DNA from: Yuukianura sp. NJ FZ-2021
Lineage: Eukaryota
Direction: 5' to 3'
DNA: 64,000 nucleotides
Assembly (NCBI GenBank): GCA_046563655.1
Contig: CM102286.1
Coordinates: 12,772,001-12,836,000 of the forward strand
Part shown: piece after piece, positions 1 through 14,600 of the stretch
How the letters are laid out: every line of letters begins with the position of its first letter
How positions within the stretch are numbered: position 1 is the first letter of the stretch
Notes under the pieces: model-generated
Seen by the model: the letters and a program-made list of their open reading frames with translations, nothing else
What the model was told of the DNA's origin: nothing
The model's database searches: none
Translations under genes and position numbers: made by a program

Positions 1-1908
1 ACAAGACTGGGAATTGAACTCAAAACTCTCAAATAACTGCTTTCACCTGACGCCTCCCTTTTAAGTATTATAACTCATTCGGTCTGGAGGGTTTCTATGC
101 CCACCTTCCGAACGACTCCACTCGTCCATTTATGTAATTCTAATCATTATTTCAGCAGCAAGGGGTTGGAATGGCAAGCTCAGAATTCAAAAGTTCCGCT
201 AATACCCGCCAAAACTCTTTGATCTTCCAGTTCACGTTTGGAGAAAACTGAAACCCCTTTGGCTTGAGAGCTCTTAAGAGTTGAAGGACACTGGAAAGGC
301 AAGGTGTAAATTACGATAGTGTCCGAGAAATGACCAGATACAGATCAAGTTTAGCGGGTTTTTCGGATTTGGAATACAAAGAGTTTCAAATCCTGGCGGT
401 TTTACGACTTAACCTAAATAGTCGTATCGTCACATACTCCCCCCACGCAAAAGAGCTCTTTTGATCTTGGGCGGGAATGAAAGAATTAATTTGAATCTGA
501 GTTTAGCTGGATTGAAATTTGAAGCGGATACAGTACGAGTGCTTGCTGCTTCACCCCGGGAGACTTTTTTTTTGTATTTCATGACTGTAATAATGGTTTT
601 TGGCGGGAGGAGGGTAAGGTTAGGTTGAAAAGAGAGTTAGGTTAGCGTTAGGTTACGCATTATAGGCTGGTTTAGGTTTTTCGTGGGGATACTCTCAGAG
701 AGAAACAGTAAGTTGTTATGTGGTCTGAGATTTTGATTCGGTTAAGTGACCATAAGTAGATTTTCATGCCGTCCAAGCCTGAGCGAACTTTCTCTTGCTA
801 GCAGTAGCCGTTCCATATGTAACAAATTCTCTGCAGCACACCAACCCCCTTGCCACGGTGGTTTGGTTATGTGGGGCTACTTTATATTTTGAGTCGTCGT
901 TGGTCGTTTGAGCAGAAGCATTATTGAGCTCCTCGATCAATAGAAAGTGATTCTTCCACTTTCCCCTACGGTCGAGAGAGCCCACTTCTTACGTTAGTTG
1001 TAGTCATTGTGTGTAGTGTTATGGCGGCTACTTTCCCCTCTTTTCGAATATCATAAAAAGTGGTTTCTCCCCCTTACCCCCCACTTAAACCTCCGCCCCA
1101 CCCCTGGTTTATGACACATGGACGCAGGCAATCAAGGCGTTAATTTACTTTTTCCATCCCCCATCTGTTCTTGTTCTTTGTCTGACCGTGCGTAGAGGTA
1201 ATGAAATGATTAACAAGACAATTTCATTGTTCTTCCGCAACATAAACATTTTACCAAAATTTTATTTTCTCCTGGAAATTTTGTTTTCTCCTCCAATTTT
1301 GTTTTCGTGAATTACGCTTTTAGCGTGGTAGGATTCTATACGATGGTTGATGCTTCACGGTTCTCATATTTATTGCCGACTGAAGGTACTTGGAAGTAGT
1401 TTAATGGATGCTGGAACCTTACTTATTCATGTTCAAATGGAGGAGGTCTCAAATCCTGTTCTATTTTTTGTCGTGCTGTAAGATCACTTTTAACTTTTCA
1501 GTATCTAAAAGTCTATGGGTTTTCTATTCCTAAGGACGTTAAGGCTAGAAGTTAGGCTTTTGGAGAAAAGAATAGGCGAGGGGGAGAAAGTTGAAGGTGA
1601 TGGTGGATTGAGCTCGTAAAGCTTTCTCTCCTACGGTTCTTTTCTGTTGTTTAATGACTCTCAGAGGTGTGTGTCTTGAGACATGGTAGTAGCTTGCTTT
1701 TCGAACAAAAAATTTACTTTCGTTTCAAATAATGTTTCTCCTACGAACAGAAACACGCCAAAGTACCGGAGAAATGGCTTTGGCCAGGCACAGAGGTTGA
1801 CTGAATTTTGAAACGAGGTGGATGCCATTGAAGTAATGGACAAGGACTTGACTCTGGCCACTAGTCACTTGACATGGGAACTAAAGCAAGTAGCATGCTT
1901 TTCTACCG

Positions 1909-1975
1909 TAGCCTGGTGCTGGACTGACTTTAATATGGTTTTTGGCCATGGGTTCGAGTCCAGCCCGGGTTTCCA
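1909..1975 (+). other. Degenerate tRNA-like Pol III A-box/B-box pair (tRNA pseudogene or tRNA-derived SINE head)
   Basis: TAGCCTGGTG (1909-1918, A-box-like) and GGTTCGAGTCC (1951-1961, B-box consensus) are 42 nt apart, close to tRNA spacing. No complete cloverleaf could be folded, and a T5 run lies between the boxes. Confidence 0.3.
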
Positions 1976-2676
1976 ATTTATCCACCAAAGTGACAAACTC
2001 CCGTGACTCGTAGGGGGGTTTGAAATAAATGAGTATTTCTTCTTAAACAAGTCCCTTGGACTTAAGTAACGGGAGCGTTAGCACTTCAACTACTCCGTTT
2101 CCAAATGGATATTGATAGTTTGAACTACTACTGAATTTCATGAGCTCCCCAAAGACGGGGAGTCAATGGATCCTAATTTTCCATAAGGCAATTTTCTCCT
2201 CAGAATTTTAATTTCCTTTTCCTTCAAAAGTTGATGAGAAGTCCACTTGAAAGTTTTGAGTTTCAAAGTTCTTTAGTTTTTAACTGATTTCATTCTTCTC
2301 CATTCGCAAAAAGGAGAGTGAAACTCTGTTTAATTGAATTTTCTCATTTGGATCTCCTTTCTCTTTTCAGATTTTGGAAAATTTTGAATCTTTCGAAAGA
2401 GCGGAAGGAAGAGGCACACAATTCGGTCGGTTACTAAAACTGAGAGAAATGAACAGCATTAGGAGCATCAAAGGAAGAAGTATAGCAAGAAACCCATTCG
2501 TTAGCTAAAGCCTAACTAAAGTAAAAACTAAGGGAAAACGGCGAAGCGTAGAGACGAAAGGCGGGAATTGTTGAAAGTTTTGTGTTTGGACTGTTTCGTT
2601 ATCGTTATGGTGCTGCTGGTGCCGTTGAGACAAAGACTTAAAGAACAACTTTTTGGCTTTGTTCTCGTTGGCCGCC

Positions 2677-5600
2677 ATGAGTAGTAGCTTGGTTCGCTCT
2701 TTGACCAACAATAACACGAGTACTGATGATGAAGAGACTCGAATCAACCTGCTCTTTCCAAAATGTAAAGTTCGAGGACCTCCAGAACCAACGTCACCCA
2801 AAAATAACATTTCCGTTTGTAGTGAAAGTGAGACAAAGTGTGGACTCGACGCCAACTTTCCCAATTTGGCGTTGGTAGCAGAGCGTGCTCGGACGAGTGA
2901 CAGTAATGCAAATAGGGAGAAACTTTTTAGTAGCAAAAATACTACAGGAAAGAAAGAAAGTGAGAAGGAAGTTGTTGGCGGAAGTTTGTACATTGACAAT
3001 AGGCAATCAGGGCAACCAGGACTTGTTCGTGAAAGTGTCGTCGCTGGGTCAAATTTAGGCGGCGGAGTTGGTCAGGCGTCGTTCCCCGGGAGAGCTCAGA
3101 AGATCGGTGAAAACGTGAGCAGAGTTAACAAGAGGAAGGAGGGATATCATTACAACATTTCCAATCAACGTCCTCCCACCCATAATCATAACTCATGCAG
3201 GCCTCCGTGTGGAATTGATCTGCGCCGTCAACTAAACTTAACCAAGTCAAGTCAGTTCCAGAAAGAGAAAACGGAGACTTCGGAGGACGTCATTTCAAGT
3301 TTTAATAACGTTGGTAGTTGGACCGCCGACCGTGGCGGTTTGGACAAAAAGTTGGATAAAGCCACCACCACCCCACCTCTACTTCTGTCCACAACGTGTC
3401 CTTTGACTGCTGGAGACAAAATGGATCTGGACAACTCTGTAGTTGGGGACGAGGACTCTGGTCATTTTGACAATGGGACTGGAAGTGGCAGTAATGGAAG
3501 CACATTTTCAGAAAGCAATACTCCGCTGAGTGGGGGAAGTGGAAGCGGTGGTTCAGTGGCTGGAACAGGACGACCACTTCCAGCTCCCCTGGAAATTGCA
3601 GGAGGTCGTGAAATATTTTCACAAAATAAAACGAGAGCTGGACGGAGAGGGAGAGTTGTTGGATCATCAACTTTGGACTTTGAGCCACATTTCCTTGAGG
3701 CTCAGCAGCCTTCAGCCGGTAGTTCAGCGAATAAGACTGGAGGAGGTAGGAGCAGGAAGGTCATTCCGCCTGGAATGACCGTGAGTCCAAGGTATGCCAC
3801 TAAAAAATCTCCGCTTGGTCGCGGAGAGACTGCTACGCAAGGTTCTGCCTCGTCTTCTGTTTGGGAACTTCAGGTTTCAAAGGAAGAAAATAAGCAATTT
3901 GGTGGTCCTAGGATTCGAAGCGCATACAGACATTACGGTGGGTCATACAAGCAGAAACATAAATCTGGAAATAGTTATGGTAGCCAACTAAGGCAGAGGC
4001 CCCATCATCACCAATCCTTTCCCGTCTACAACTACTATTCTCCACCAAATCCACGGTCAGCCTCCCATCATAATTTTACGAGAGATCCAATAAGTTTACG
4101 TCGTTTGAGTTCCAGTCCACCTTTTCCAGTGACGCAGCGAATCACTACTGGAACCATTAAGGAAACAATGTTTGGAACGGAAATCACTTCAGTTGAAAAG
4201 TCCCTCATTTATGATGAAATGGGGCGACTCGTGAGTTGTGACCAACGACTTCGAACTCTTGACCCTACGCCTACGTCAACCTCCGCTGGAAAGAAATCAG
4301 GCGTAGTTTATGACGTAGGTTATGCTGCGGGAGGGTCTGAGGCAGGAGACATAGTATTTGACGATATCGAGGACTGGAGTGAAAGTGGAGGCGGGAAAGC
4401 CGGCGGAGAAAGTCCTGGAGAAATGAATTCTGCTGGAGAAATGAAGTTTTGTTCCAGTGCCAATTCGTCTTCTGGAGGAGTGTGCTGGGCTGGAGATAAT
4501 GATGAAAAAGGAAAGTTGAGTTATAGTCAGATCATGGAGTCGAGTTCATCTCTCTGTCCATCAATTCAAGTCGAAGGAAATACGAGTCCCAGTGGATATG
4601 AAAGTGACGAAATTTCGGCCTCAGCTCTACCTCATCCAAATTTCCTTAATGAAAATAAACGACTTATTGGGAACGTTCCAATTGCAGAGTATGAAGGATC
4701 ACCGTGGCACAGACCGCGACGCCACGGTGCTCACCGTCACCAACAACCTCCAGCAGCCTCTCTGCCAAATGATTTAGATTTAGTAGACCTTTGCTCTTCG
4801 GGAGTTCACGTATCCTACCATAATACTTCAGCTCCCTCCGCTTTTGAGGGCACAACTTCCGGGAATAAAAGTCCGCCTGACAACCAACATTCTCCTACTA
4901 CTAATTCAAATTTGGCGCAAAATCCTCCAACTACAAAACTACCAGCACAGCAGCAGTCTCAGTCACCAAACAATGGAGCTCGACTGCCCGGCTTTCCACA
5001 ACGGATTCACACAAATCTACATCAGCAACACTCTACACAAAAGTCAAACGCGATAGAATCTTCAGCTACTTTGGCACAAGCTGGAAATACTAGCTGCGGG
5101 GAAGTGATGGATTTTAGTCAAATCGATACAATTGAAAATTCAAACCGATTTCCAAGTGCTCACTCGAAGGACGAAGAATTTGTGAAAGGAACGCCATCAT
5201 CTCAAGAACCCTCTTTGGTTGTTAGTAGTCATGGAGCGTCCCCGGGTTCCAGTGGTAACACAAGCACAAGTCTCCACGCCTTCCAGCCCAATGGGACTAG
5301 TCCAGGAATTTCAGGAACGACAAGCAGTAGCACTGGAGCTGGAAAAGACTTGAATGAATTTAGCTCTCTGACTCTGTCTCGTGAGCAATGTGATTATTTA
5401 TACGAGTTTTCTGAGACGCGCAAAGTTTTAGAAGAGTTTTTTCAGTCTGGAGAAGGAAATGGGAGCGGACGGTTGGTCGGAGGTCGTGGAGGCATTTCTC
5501 CATGTGACTTTGACGAACTTGAGTATACTCTACGGAGACAAAATGGAAACTCGTATGTGGGTCAAAGATTAGCTGGAGATGTTGCCCAAGGATGTGGAGG

Positions 5601-8600
5601 GGCATCGGGCGTAGAAGAATCTCCGAAAATGCCACCACGGCGCGGAGGGCGGGAAGTTGTGATGAGTTTAGGAATTCCGCTTGAAGTAGAAGATGGATCC
5701 GATTTTGGAAGTTCGTCAAGAGTTATTACGCTTCATGACGTTCATGACGTTTCCTCTCGTCTCTCTCCGACGTCAAAAAATTCAGGTCCAGACGACCCTG
5801 GAAACCGGGACGTGAATGATAATGACCTCGACGTGGAAACGGCCTCTACAAACACTGAAACGGATTTAGGAGAAACCGAAATTGGTCATCAAGTGAGCCA
5901 TAATGACTTTTTGTGACTCTGTGTGTGTCTCTCTGTTTGCATTGCTTTAATTAGTTCAGTTTGGTTTCTCACGTCCTTTCATTTTCATTTGCGTTTGGAA
6001 TCCTCCATGGAGGCAGACACTCTGCTCCAGCAACTCAAATTAGGCTTAACACTAGAAAGCGCATGTTTTTGCATTGTGTCCAAGACCGCTGGGAAATAAC
6101 CCTTGACATTCTGTTTTTCTCCTCGTTTCAGGTACGACATCATCCCAGGAACTTCGCCTTGTCTCCAGAAACTACAGACTGCGACTCGAACGAACTGGAA
6201 AGTGAAATGTCGCTGGACTATGAAGTTTCAGTTCATTCGTCAAGTCGTGTTGGGACGACCATGCCGGTACTGGAAGACGGTCTCTCATCTGCCAATGTTT
6301 CAGACAATGACGAAGATGTCCAGGACGAGGAGAATGTAGGAAGTGGGCGCGGAGGTCATGACTCCATGTCAACCGGCGGAGTCAATCCTACTCTACTGCT
6401 AATGAAGAAGCAAATCACTGAGATAGAAAAAGAAATTCAGATGAGAGCGACAATTTCGGGAGGCGGGGGAAACGGGACATTGACAAATTCAGAGGTCGGA
6501 GCGCCTGAAAATCAAGGATTGTCGCTGACGACGCTGGAAGGAGGGAGTTGTGCTGCTGGTTTTGAAGGCCCGGGAACTTCGAAGAAGGCTGAATTTGAGC
6601 TGAGTGCTAATGCAAATATCAAAGTTCATCATGAAGTGCCCGGGAGTTGTGATCGAAGGAGCAACTCTTCATCACTCTTCGATTGTAATGATCCTGAACT
6701 GGAGGCACTGGATCCTATGAGTAAGCCTACTTTTAAAAAAACTAACGCTACTATGTAGTACTACCACCTCATTTTCCAGGTCGAAGCACCCGTCTCTCAC
6801 TTTTTCACTGCGCTCTAATACTCCTCTACACTTTTTTAAAAAACGAAAATAATGAATAGAAAATGCAGTCGACGGAGCTTAAATAACCGATCTGTCATTT
6901 CCTTTTTTTTCTTTTTCTTTCTTGGAAAAGAGCCACTTTTATCCAATTTTTCATCCTGCTTTCTTTTCTTCCTCCCTCACTGTGTACCCTTATGCCTCTC
7001 AACTTTCTCCATTGTTGGAACAGTAGAGAGAGTGGAGTTGAAAGCCAAAAAAGTTGAATCCGCTTAATAGGTTTTCTTATTTCAACCAACCTGGAGAGAC
7101 TTCTGCTTTTATTTCTTTGGAGATTTAATTAATTTTTACAAAGTTTCTTACTTTTTTGCGTATCTCTTCTTTCCATAGCAGAAAAAAGTAACTTTCAGAT
7201 TTTTTTTTCTTCGAAAATGTCAAAACCCAAAGCGCCAAGAACCGGCAACTTTTGCTAAAACTTGTCGGCAAATCAATGAGAGTCAGAAGTTGTTGGGTTT
7301 TTTTTACTGCCGAGATAGTATGTGCTGACTACAATGCACAAATGTGACGAAAAAGTTTTAAAAATGCTATAAAATTGTAATAAACCAAAAACAAATAAAA
7401 GTGTTACAACAATCTCGGTGCAATACAGGAACAGGTTTGTGTTTTCGTTAACTTTGGGAAAAAAACGCGTAACCTGTAGTACCTAACTTTTTAACAAGTG
7501 CTGAAAAGTCCATAGACTGGAAGCGTCCAGGGAATTTGACGAAACTAATTTGTTGTTGACTTTCCGTTTGAATCCAGGGCCAACACCTCCACCTTCTCCA
7601 GCGCCTGCCTCAGCAGCGTCCCACCAAAGTCGTTCCCACAATTTGTCTTCCTCAACGACTCCACTGCGACCAGTGACTTCTTCAATAACTCAGGCAATTA
7701 GTTCTCCCAAAGTTTCGTCTCTAGTGGGAACAACGTCAACGACTACGACGACGACATTGTCGACGGCTAATGGAATCCATTTGTCAACTCCAGGAACAGC
7801 CCAGAGTCTCCCGTCTTCTGAATCTAAAGAGTCAATCTCAACCCACCACCACAACCACCACCACAGTTCCTCTTCGTCATCGTCAACGGAACCTCTCAAA
7901 CTGATTTCATCTATTATGACTCCACCGGACTCCACCAAAGACCCACTTCAGCCCCACCATCGCTCCACCACCAAACAGTATCAATTGCCAAAGTTTGACC
8001 CGTCGTCGTTCACGTCTCTTCTGCCCAAACCTAGCAGTTTGACCATGACGACTGGTCCGGTATGTCCACCACCTCAAGATGACAGTCCGCAGTCCGAACT
8101 TCATGAATCTTCATCAGAAGAGAGACTAGGACCGCATGGGAACAGCATGTCACCCGTCTGGGTTCCCAGGTAATTCCGAACTTCTGTTGTTTTGTTTTAG
8201 AAAAGTTTGAACGCTTGATGTCTTTCTGCGTTTCGACAGCGATTCGGCCGTAAACGCACAAACTAAAGCAGAACTGGTTTTGTTTTGTTAGCAATTTGAC
8301 CAAAGTTGAGTTTTTTTATGGTTTTAGGAGGTCAATACTGAGGGGAGAGAGGAATCATCATGGCGGAGGATTTGGCCTCCGAGAGCCGTTTCTGCGCAGA
8401 CGCTACGAAGAAATTCCAGATGACGGTGAGCGCCTCAAATTTCTTTTTTCTTTCAAATTATACGTACGACGCCGCTGAATTCAATTTGTAACTAACGTCA
8501 ACATTTCCATTATGAAGTCTGACACCTTCCAAAGTAACGAGGCGACAAAATGACAATTGTAATTTGGCAACGCAGAAAAGAAAAAAGAAGCGGAATCGTA

Positions 8601-11600
8601 TTTCGCGCGCTTTTTTAACGAATTGGAAAACGTATTTGGTTGGAAAGAGGAGAAAAGGAAGATGGATTCCTTTTTTTACTCGGAATTCCGTTAGTTTATT
8701 TGGACCTACTTTCTCTTTTTTTCTATGTTGGAAGTACTAGTTGTAAATCTAATAGCATATGTAGCTTTCCAAAGTGTATTACAATTCAGACAAAGTTCAG
8801 TCGAAGTGTGGGGGAATATGTCTTTCAAAGTCCAAACTGAATTTAATGTTGTTCAATGGCGGGAAATAGATATTTCCAAAGTGAAAGTGAATATGAGGAT
8901 CCTCACACATCAGTTTCCCGCCTTGTAGCGGGGAGCTCTATAAAATGCCTTCCAGTTATAAATTGAAAAGGAAAGTCGGCCTGACACTTGCCATTACTTT
9001 CTCCTTCGTCTTTTTCTCCGCAGGGGTACAACGACTTATAGTCCAAAACATCCTGGTTTATGTATACGCTGATTGTATAGTCTATAAAGTACAATAGACT
9101 ATAGAATAGGCGGCGTCTATAAAATATAGTCTATAAAATAAGACTATGGTAGACTATACGAAATTGTGGTGGGTAGTTGATGAAAGTGAAAGTGAAGGAA
9201 AGGAAATGGCAATGGAGGGAGTAGCTATCAGGTCGTTTTCAAAGGCATTCCCACACGTTCCACAACATTTTCTTGCTGTAGGAAGTATATTTTGTGGAAT
9301 CCAGAACTCCAGTTATTTTGTGGATCCAGGAAGTATTGCTGGAACGAGAAGTACTGCAAGTACCACTGGAACCCATTCTACCAGTTATATGCTCTGATAA
9401 AAGTTCCAATGGAAAGAAGCAGAGTTCACTTGACTGATGGGATGCAACAGATAGAATTCGGTTTTCTACCACTTCCATTTCTCCTAGCGTATTTTCACTT
9501 GTAACTTGTACTTACTGGTGCCAAAGCCTCTTTTTAGATGAAGTTAGGGCGACAGAATGGAACTTAACTTTTGTATGGATGTTCTTGTGATCAATTCCTG
9601 TGATAGATGTGTCATGTGAAAGTCACAGAAATTCTTGTCCAGAGTTTCCTTTTTTGGCGGGGGAGTTCAGTTTTTCCTTCGATAGGGTCCAGATAAGTTG
9701 TCATGTTGAAGAGAAAGTCGCTCGGTATTTCTAGTACATCAGTTTGTCGTTTGGTCCGTGGCCGGAAGTCTTGTTTCCCACTAAACTCAATTCGGTCACT
9801 TGTCTTTTCCACTTCCTTTCCGGATGGATGGCTGCTAAGGGTTGGTGTGTCCTGTTCAAGATGACAGGCGGAAGTGAGATATAAAGTCTAATCACTACTT
9901 GTGTGTCCAACTAACCGGGATATATTGTCACGCTTTCACTGCTTTCACTCTATGGTGGAGTATTTACTTCCTTTTGGTTCTAATTTCTGTGCTAAACCTG
10001 GGAGTTTGGAAAATGACATTTATTGAAAACAAAATTTTGAAAAAAGAAGCTTTTTGTTTTGGGAAAAAAAATTGTAAAAAGAAAATTTGTTTATGGCTAT
10101 AAGAGAGTAAGTTTTTAAAAAGTGCGATAAATTTTAACGGATTGATTGAATTTTTTTAAAACTTATTTAACTAATTTTTAATTTTAGTTTAATTTGATTA
10201 AGCGTAATCGATTTTGGTTGTTTTAGATGCGGATACAGATCAAGAGACAGATCGCCTCCTAGGCCAGCATCGGACGGAAGACGATTATGGTTTCTACAAT
10301 GAAAAGGTAATGCACATTTTGTCATTTTATTTACACTTGTAGTTAATGTCTCTATTTTTGTTGGGATAGGTTACGTTTAAATTTTAGTGTCAAGGTAGGT
10401 TTTGTTTATGTTTATGTTTTGGGATAAGATGACTTTATTAATTTCATTGGAGTGTGTGTAAGCTTACAAGTTAAGTCTCAAAAAGTAATTAAGTGCAAAG
10501 GAACTTTGATGTGAAAGCACTTAAGTTTGATGACTTTTAAACTTCCCAGTCCCAATACACCACGACACTAGTAAATAGAAAGTGTCAAGTTTCCAAGATG
10601 TGAAAAAGACATGAATCGCATCTGGAGGTGTCACGTTCTCATTCCCAGGTTCCCAGTAATTAATGATGGAGGTGCATAGAAGCGAAGAGGCTTTCTCTGG
10701 AAGGTGAATTACAATGTAGAGCTCAGGTGGAACTTATGGAAAATGGAAGTAGAAAATGAACGGTTTTTAGAAGGATTAATCCCGAAATTTCTGGAAATGG
10801 CAGGAGAGAGGGTATTTCGTATTTAATAATTATTATGAACATAAGGACGGGAGAAAAGCTAAAGGCACCGCAGGGTTTATGTCCCTGTACACCATTAAAT
10901 AATTCATGGACAAACGCACCAGACGGGAAAACAAGCCAGTGGATTCCAGAGGTAGGAAATAACAAAGGATTTTAAATTGCAAAACTGTTCCAGATTATTT
11001 TGGAACAATTAAAAACGGAATGGACGGAAATTCAAAGGCTCGTTCGTTTGCTTTTGTGTTAAAGTCCGTTCTATTGTTGTTTCCCCCGTGACAAACGATT
11101 AAGTGCTGAAACGTGTTCAAATATTGGTAGCTAAATTGTCAAATTATGCTTTGACACTGTTTCAAATTACACAGTCATTTTCATACTTTTGAGTCAAAAC
11201 CAAACCCATAATTTTCCAAACATGTCAAAAAATTGGACTGCGAAGTTAGGTGTTGGAGTTTGTTTGGTCGAAACAAGGGCGCTAACTTTTGAAAAGTCAT
11301 TGCCCCCGCACATTTCAAAGTTTTGTAGAACATGAACCAGAATAGTGTTTACTATTATTAAATTAAATGGGTGCTTTCTCTTTCTCTCTCTCTGACTTTC
11401 ATATTTATATTATTTCGTAAATGGGCGGGAGAAAGCGGGAGGAAGCATAATATCATTAGCATTGAGATTGAGACCGTCTGGGACCTCTTTTAATCAAATG
11501 GCATTCCGGTTTCAAGCCGTTCCCGGGTATTTCTGTGTAAGCGCTAAAGTCGCAGGTTCTCCAGAATTCCTCCTTCGGTGAAAAAGAGCAAGGCCATTTA

Positions 11601-14600
11601 TATTCTGAGGAATTCTGGAAGCAATCATTAGGCCTAAGTGTGTCTTTTTGCCCCTGCCGTTGTTCTTCCTACCTATTAGTGTTATAAGACGCGCTTTCTC
11701 TTCCCGTTGGCCCTCCTTTCCCACTTTTTTTTTGAAAAACTTTGAAACAACTCGCTCGTCATTTCGAAAAAAGAACATTACGGGTAGTAGTGTTAAATGA
11801 GTAATGGCTTCAGATCCCACCGTAACATGGGAACTCACTCAACTGTGGCAGATGGGAAAGAAGCACGCTACAAAAGAATCCTCAAGACTTACGTCTTTAT
11901 ACTTTCTTTGAACATTTTTGGAGTTGCTGTAGTACAAATTTTGAAAAAGAAGATTTTTTTGCTTTTGTTTTGGGAAAAACGAGCGTGTTGTTCGTTACAA
12001 GATTTCTATTTTGAAAATAGAAAGTTGAAACGAAAAAAGTTCTCCTTTTTTTAAAAAGAGGTTATGGGTGGGAGATGGGCAATGTGTTGTGTAATAGTTG
12101 AGCAATTTGGAGATTGTGTAAACTAGAGTTTAGAACGATGTTGGATTATGTATGAGCATATGTTGGAGGAAATTAGGAAGAGAGAGCTCGGAAGTGAAAG
12201 TGTTTTTGGGAAAACGTGATATAACTACATACATGCCTGTTCCATAGGTAGGTTTTGAATTTGGACGTTAGGTTAGGTGGTTATGTTAGGCTCCCAGGAA
12301 GGTAGCATTCGTGCCAGAATCAGATTCCATTTTCCTAGCTCATTATTTCCTTTAAACTTTCTCCAGGCCTGTTCATTTGAAATGCATAATGCGTTCCGTT
12401 TGGATCAAATGAATATACAAACTGAGCGACATAACCTGAATCACTAATCAACTCCAACTTCTCTCTCTCCTTCTCTTTGTAGTGTAGTTGAGCATAACAT
12501 TTCTCTACAATAACTGTGTGTAACTACCATTTTTAATAGAGGAAAAGCACTTCCGACCGCCATGAACTTTGAATTCCAAAGCCCATTTCCTTCTTCAATC
12601 CAAAAATCCGAATTTTAAATAACACGATTTATACTGACGTGCACGTAGGGCTTCTGGTGGAGCATTTCGACATTTCTTTTCAAATCCTGGCAACAGTCCA
12701 CTTTCCATTTTTTGAGCAAAAGTTCGAATTTTTTTTTGCAAAAAAAAAATCAAACTTTTTTTCATGAGAATTTTTATTTTTATTTGAATGTGAAAGTTTG
12801 GGCTTTTCACAAACGAGTTTCGATCCGAGTGAAAGTCAAAGGTGGTGAAGTGAATTGTTTTGTTGTATAGTTTTGCTTTGAAATTTGAAAATTGAATTTT
12901 TTTTCGTACTTCCGAGCGATCTTTTGAAGCTGTCAACTGAAAGGATATTTTGTATGTTGTTTGGGTTATGCGGATAAAAGAGAAAATTGTTCTCTCTGGT
13001 GGCCATTGTTTTGAAAAACGAGCGAAACCTTGCTGAGTAGCAATTTGGAGCAAGATGTTATCGGTTCGCTGAGAGCGTAATGGTTCTCTAATATGCAAAT
13101 ACAAAGTCATCTTCCCCGGCTAAAACCGTCGTCACACCCTGAGAGTTCCTAGGCGACCACTGCTTCCAGCCCAGTTTCTCTGGAATGGGAAGTGAAAAGG
13201 GCGCGCGCTCTCTCAAATGCTATGATTATGAAACTTTCTCCGGTGGAGGTTCACAGTAACTAGCAAGCAGAGATTGTTTCTTCCAAGTCCATTCCTATCA
13301 TCATAATGGTCTTTCCGTCATTTTCTCCAGTCCTCACGCTTTCTACTTCTTCCAGTCCCTGGAACTCTGTTCTAGCCTCCTAACGACCGAAACCTTGAGC
13401 TCTCTGACTCTACTGCTCCGCACTAGCAACACTTGGAACAAGAAAGCAATATTTCCTTGTCGTACATCATGAAGACCCTCAGATCCTAACTATAATTCCC
13501 ATGACGAGTAAACAAAGGACCAAAGTCTCTTTTCTCCAGCCTACCCTAACATTTTCAGGCCTAACCTAACTTAAGACTGAAGCAGACTCAATCCACTTCT
13601 AGTCCCTTCACGCCTTCCCTCATTTTCTTCCCAAAATCCTTCAATCTAATTCCATCCCTTTGCATTTTTGTTTCCTGCTTGGAACGACTATGTCGAACTG
13701 AACTTTTTGCTCATTCCGAGGAATGGGAAAGCTCCGTTTCCGTAGCTTCGAGCGAATTCGTCGCTTCGCTGGAACAGCCCTGGAGGCTACGGAAAAGAGA
13801 AAGGTGGTGCGAAGAGAGAATCGGCGGAGATGATTCTATTTTCAAGTCTAGGTGAAATTAGATTTCAAGTGTCGGAAATTCATGTTCACCTTCTGGCACA
13901 AATGGGCACATTCAATGTCATCATAGAGAGACCACTAATGGCATGTTACAGGGAAACTTCAAAAGTTACTAAATGTCGCGTCCTATTTCCCGCCTCTTCC
14001 CTTTTACTGTAGACTTTCACTATTTCCCGTGCTAAATTGAACAAGGCACTATAATTTTATGATCTAACTATAATTTATTTTTAGTTGTTAGTTATAGTCC
14101 AGTTTGTTTCAAGAGTTAATAATTTAGTGAAAACAATTTCCCGCTTTATTTAAACTGTTTTGCCCACTTATTTCAATGACTTTTCTCTTCATTGTAAAAA
14201 AAACGAGCATTTATGAGTGTCTATCTCTGCTGGAAATCCTGAGGGAGCAGACTTTTATTTAGAAATGGGCATTTTACATGCGACTGATTTTGGTGATGAG
14301 AATTGGATTGAAGACTAAGTCCCAAAAGAGCTTGGAGTAGCAAGCAAGCTTTTTCCCGCGCTTTCACCAAAATTTGAATTAATGAATTGCAATTAGTGAA
14401 AGTGAAGAGGAAAGTGGCTCTGTGCTTGAAATCTTTTTATGATTTTGGGCTGTTTTCCAGAGTCAGAGAAAAATATTTTTGAGAAGTCAGAAATCGTTTC
14501 ACTAATTTTTTCAAGCTTTCAGGATTTTTACTAACAGATTTTTATTTTTTGCGTTATGGACTAAATGTGAAGTGAGGGGGAACGTTTTCACATGCCTTAC

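Noticed and set aside
2505..2999. 164-aa minus-strand ORF and the other short ORFs overlapping the large X11 exons
   Set aside because: Antisense or off-frame shadows of a long coding exon; no motifs or splice support.
12595..13110. 171-aa minus-strand ORF in an X11 intron
   Set aside because: K/F/I-rich translation of AT-rich poly-A/T sequence; no domain.
13723..13832. Short ATG frame [27 protein letters not shown] that could be an alternative X11 first exon in phase 0
   Set aside because: The donor (AAG|GTGGTG) is weak and there is no other support; cannot be told from chance without transcripts.
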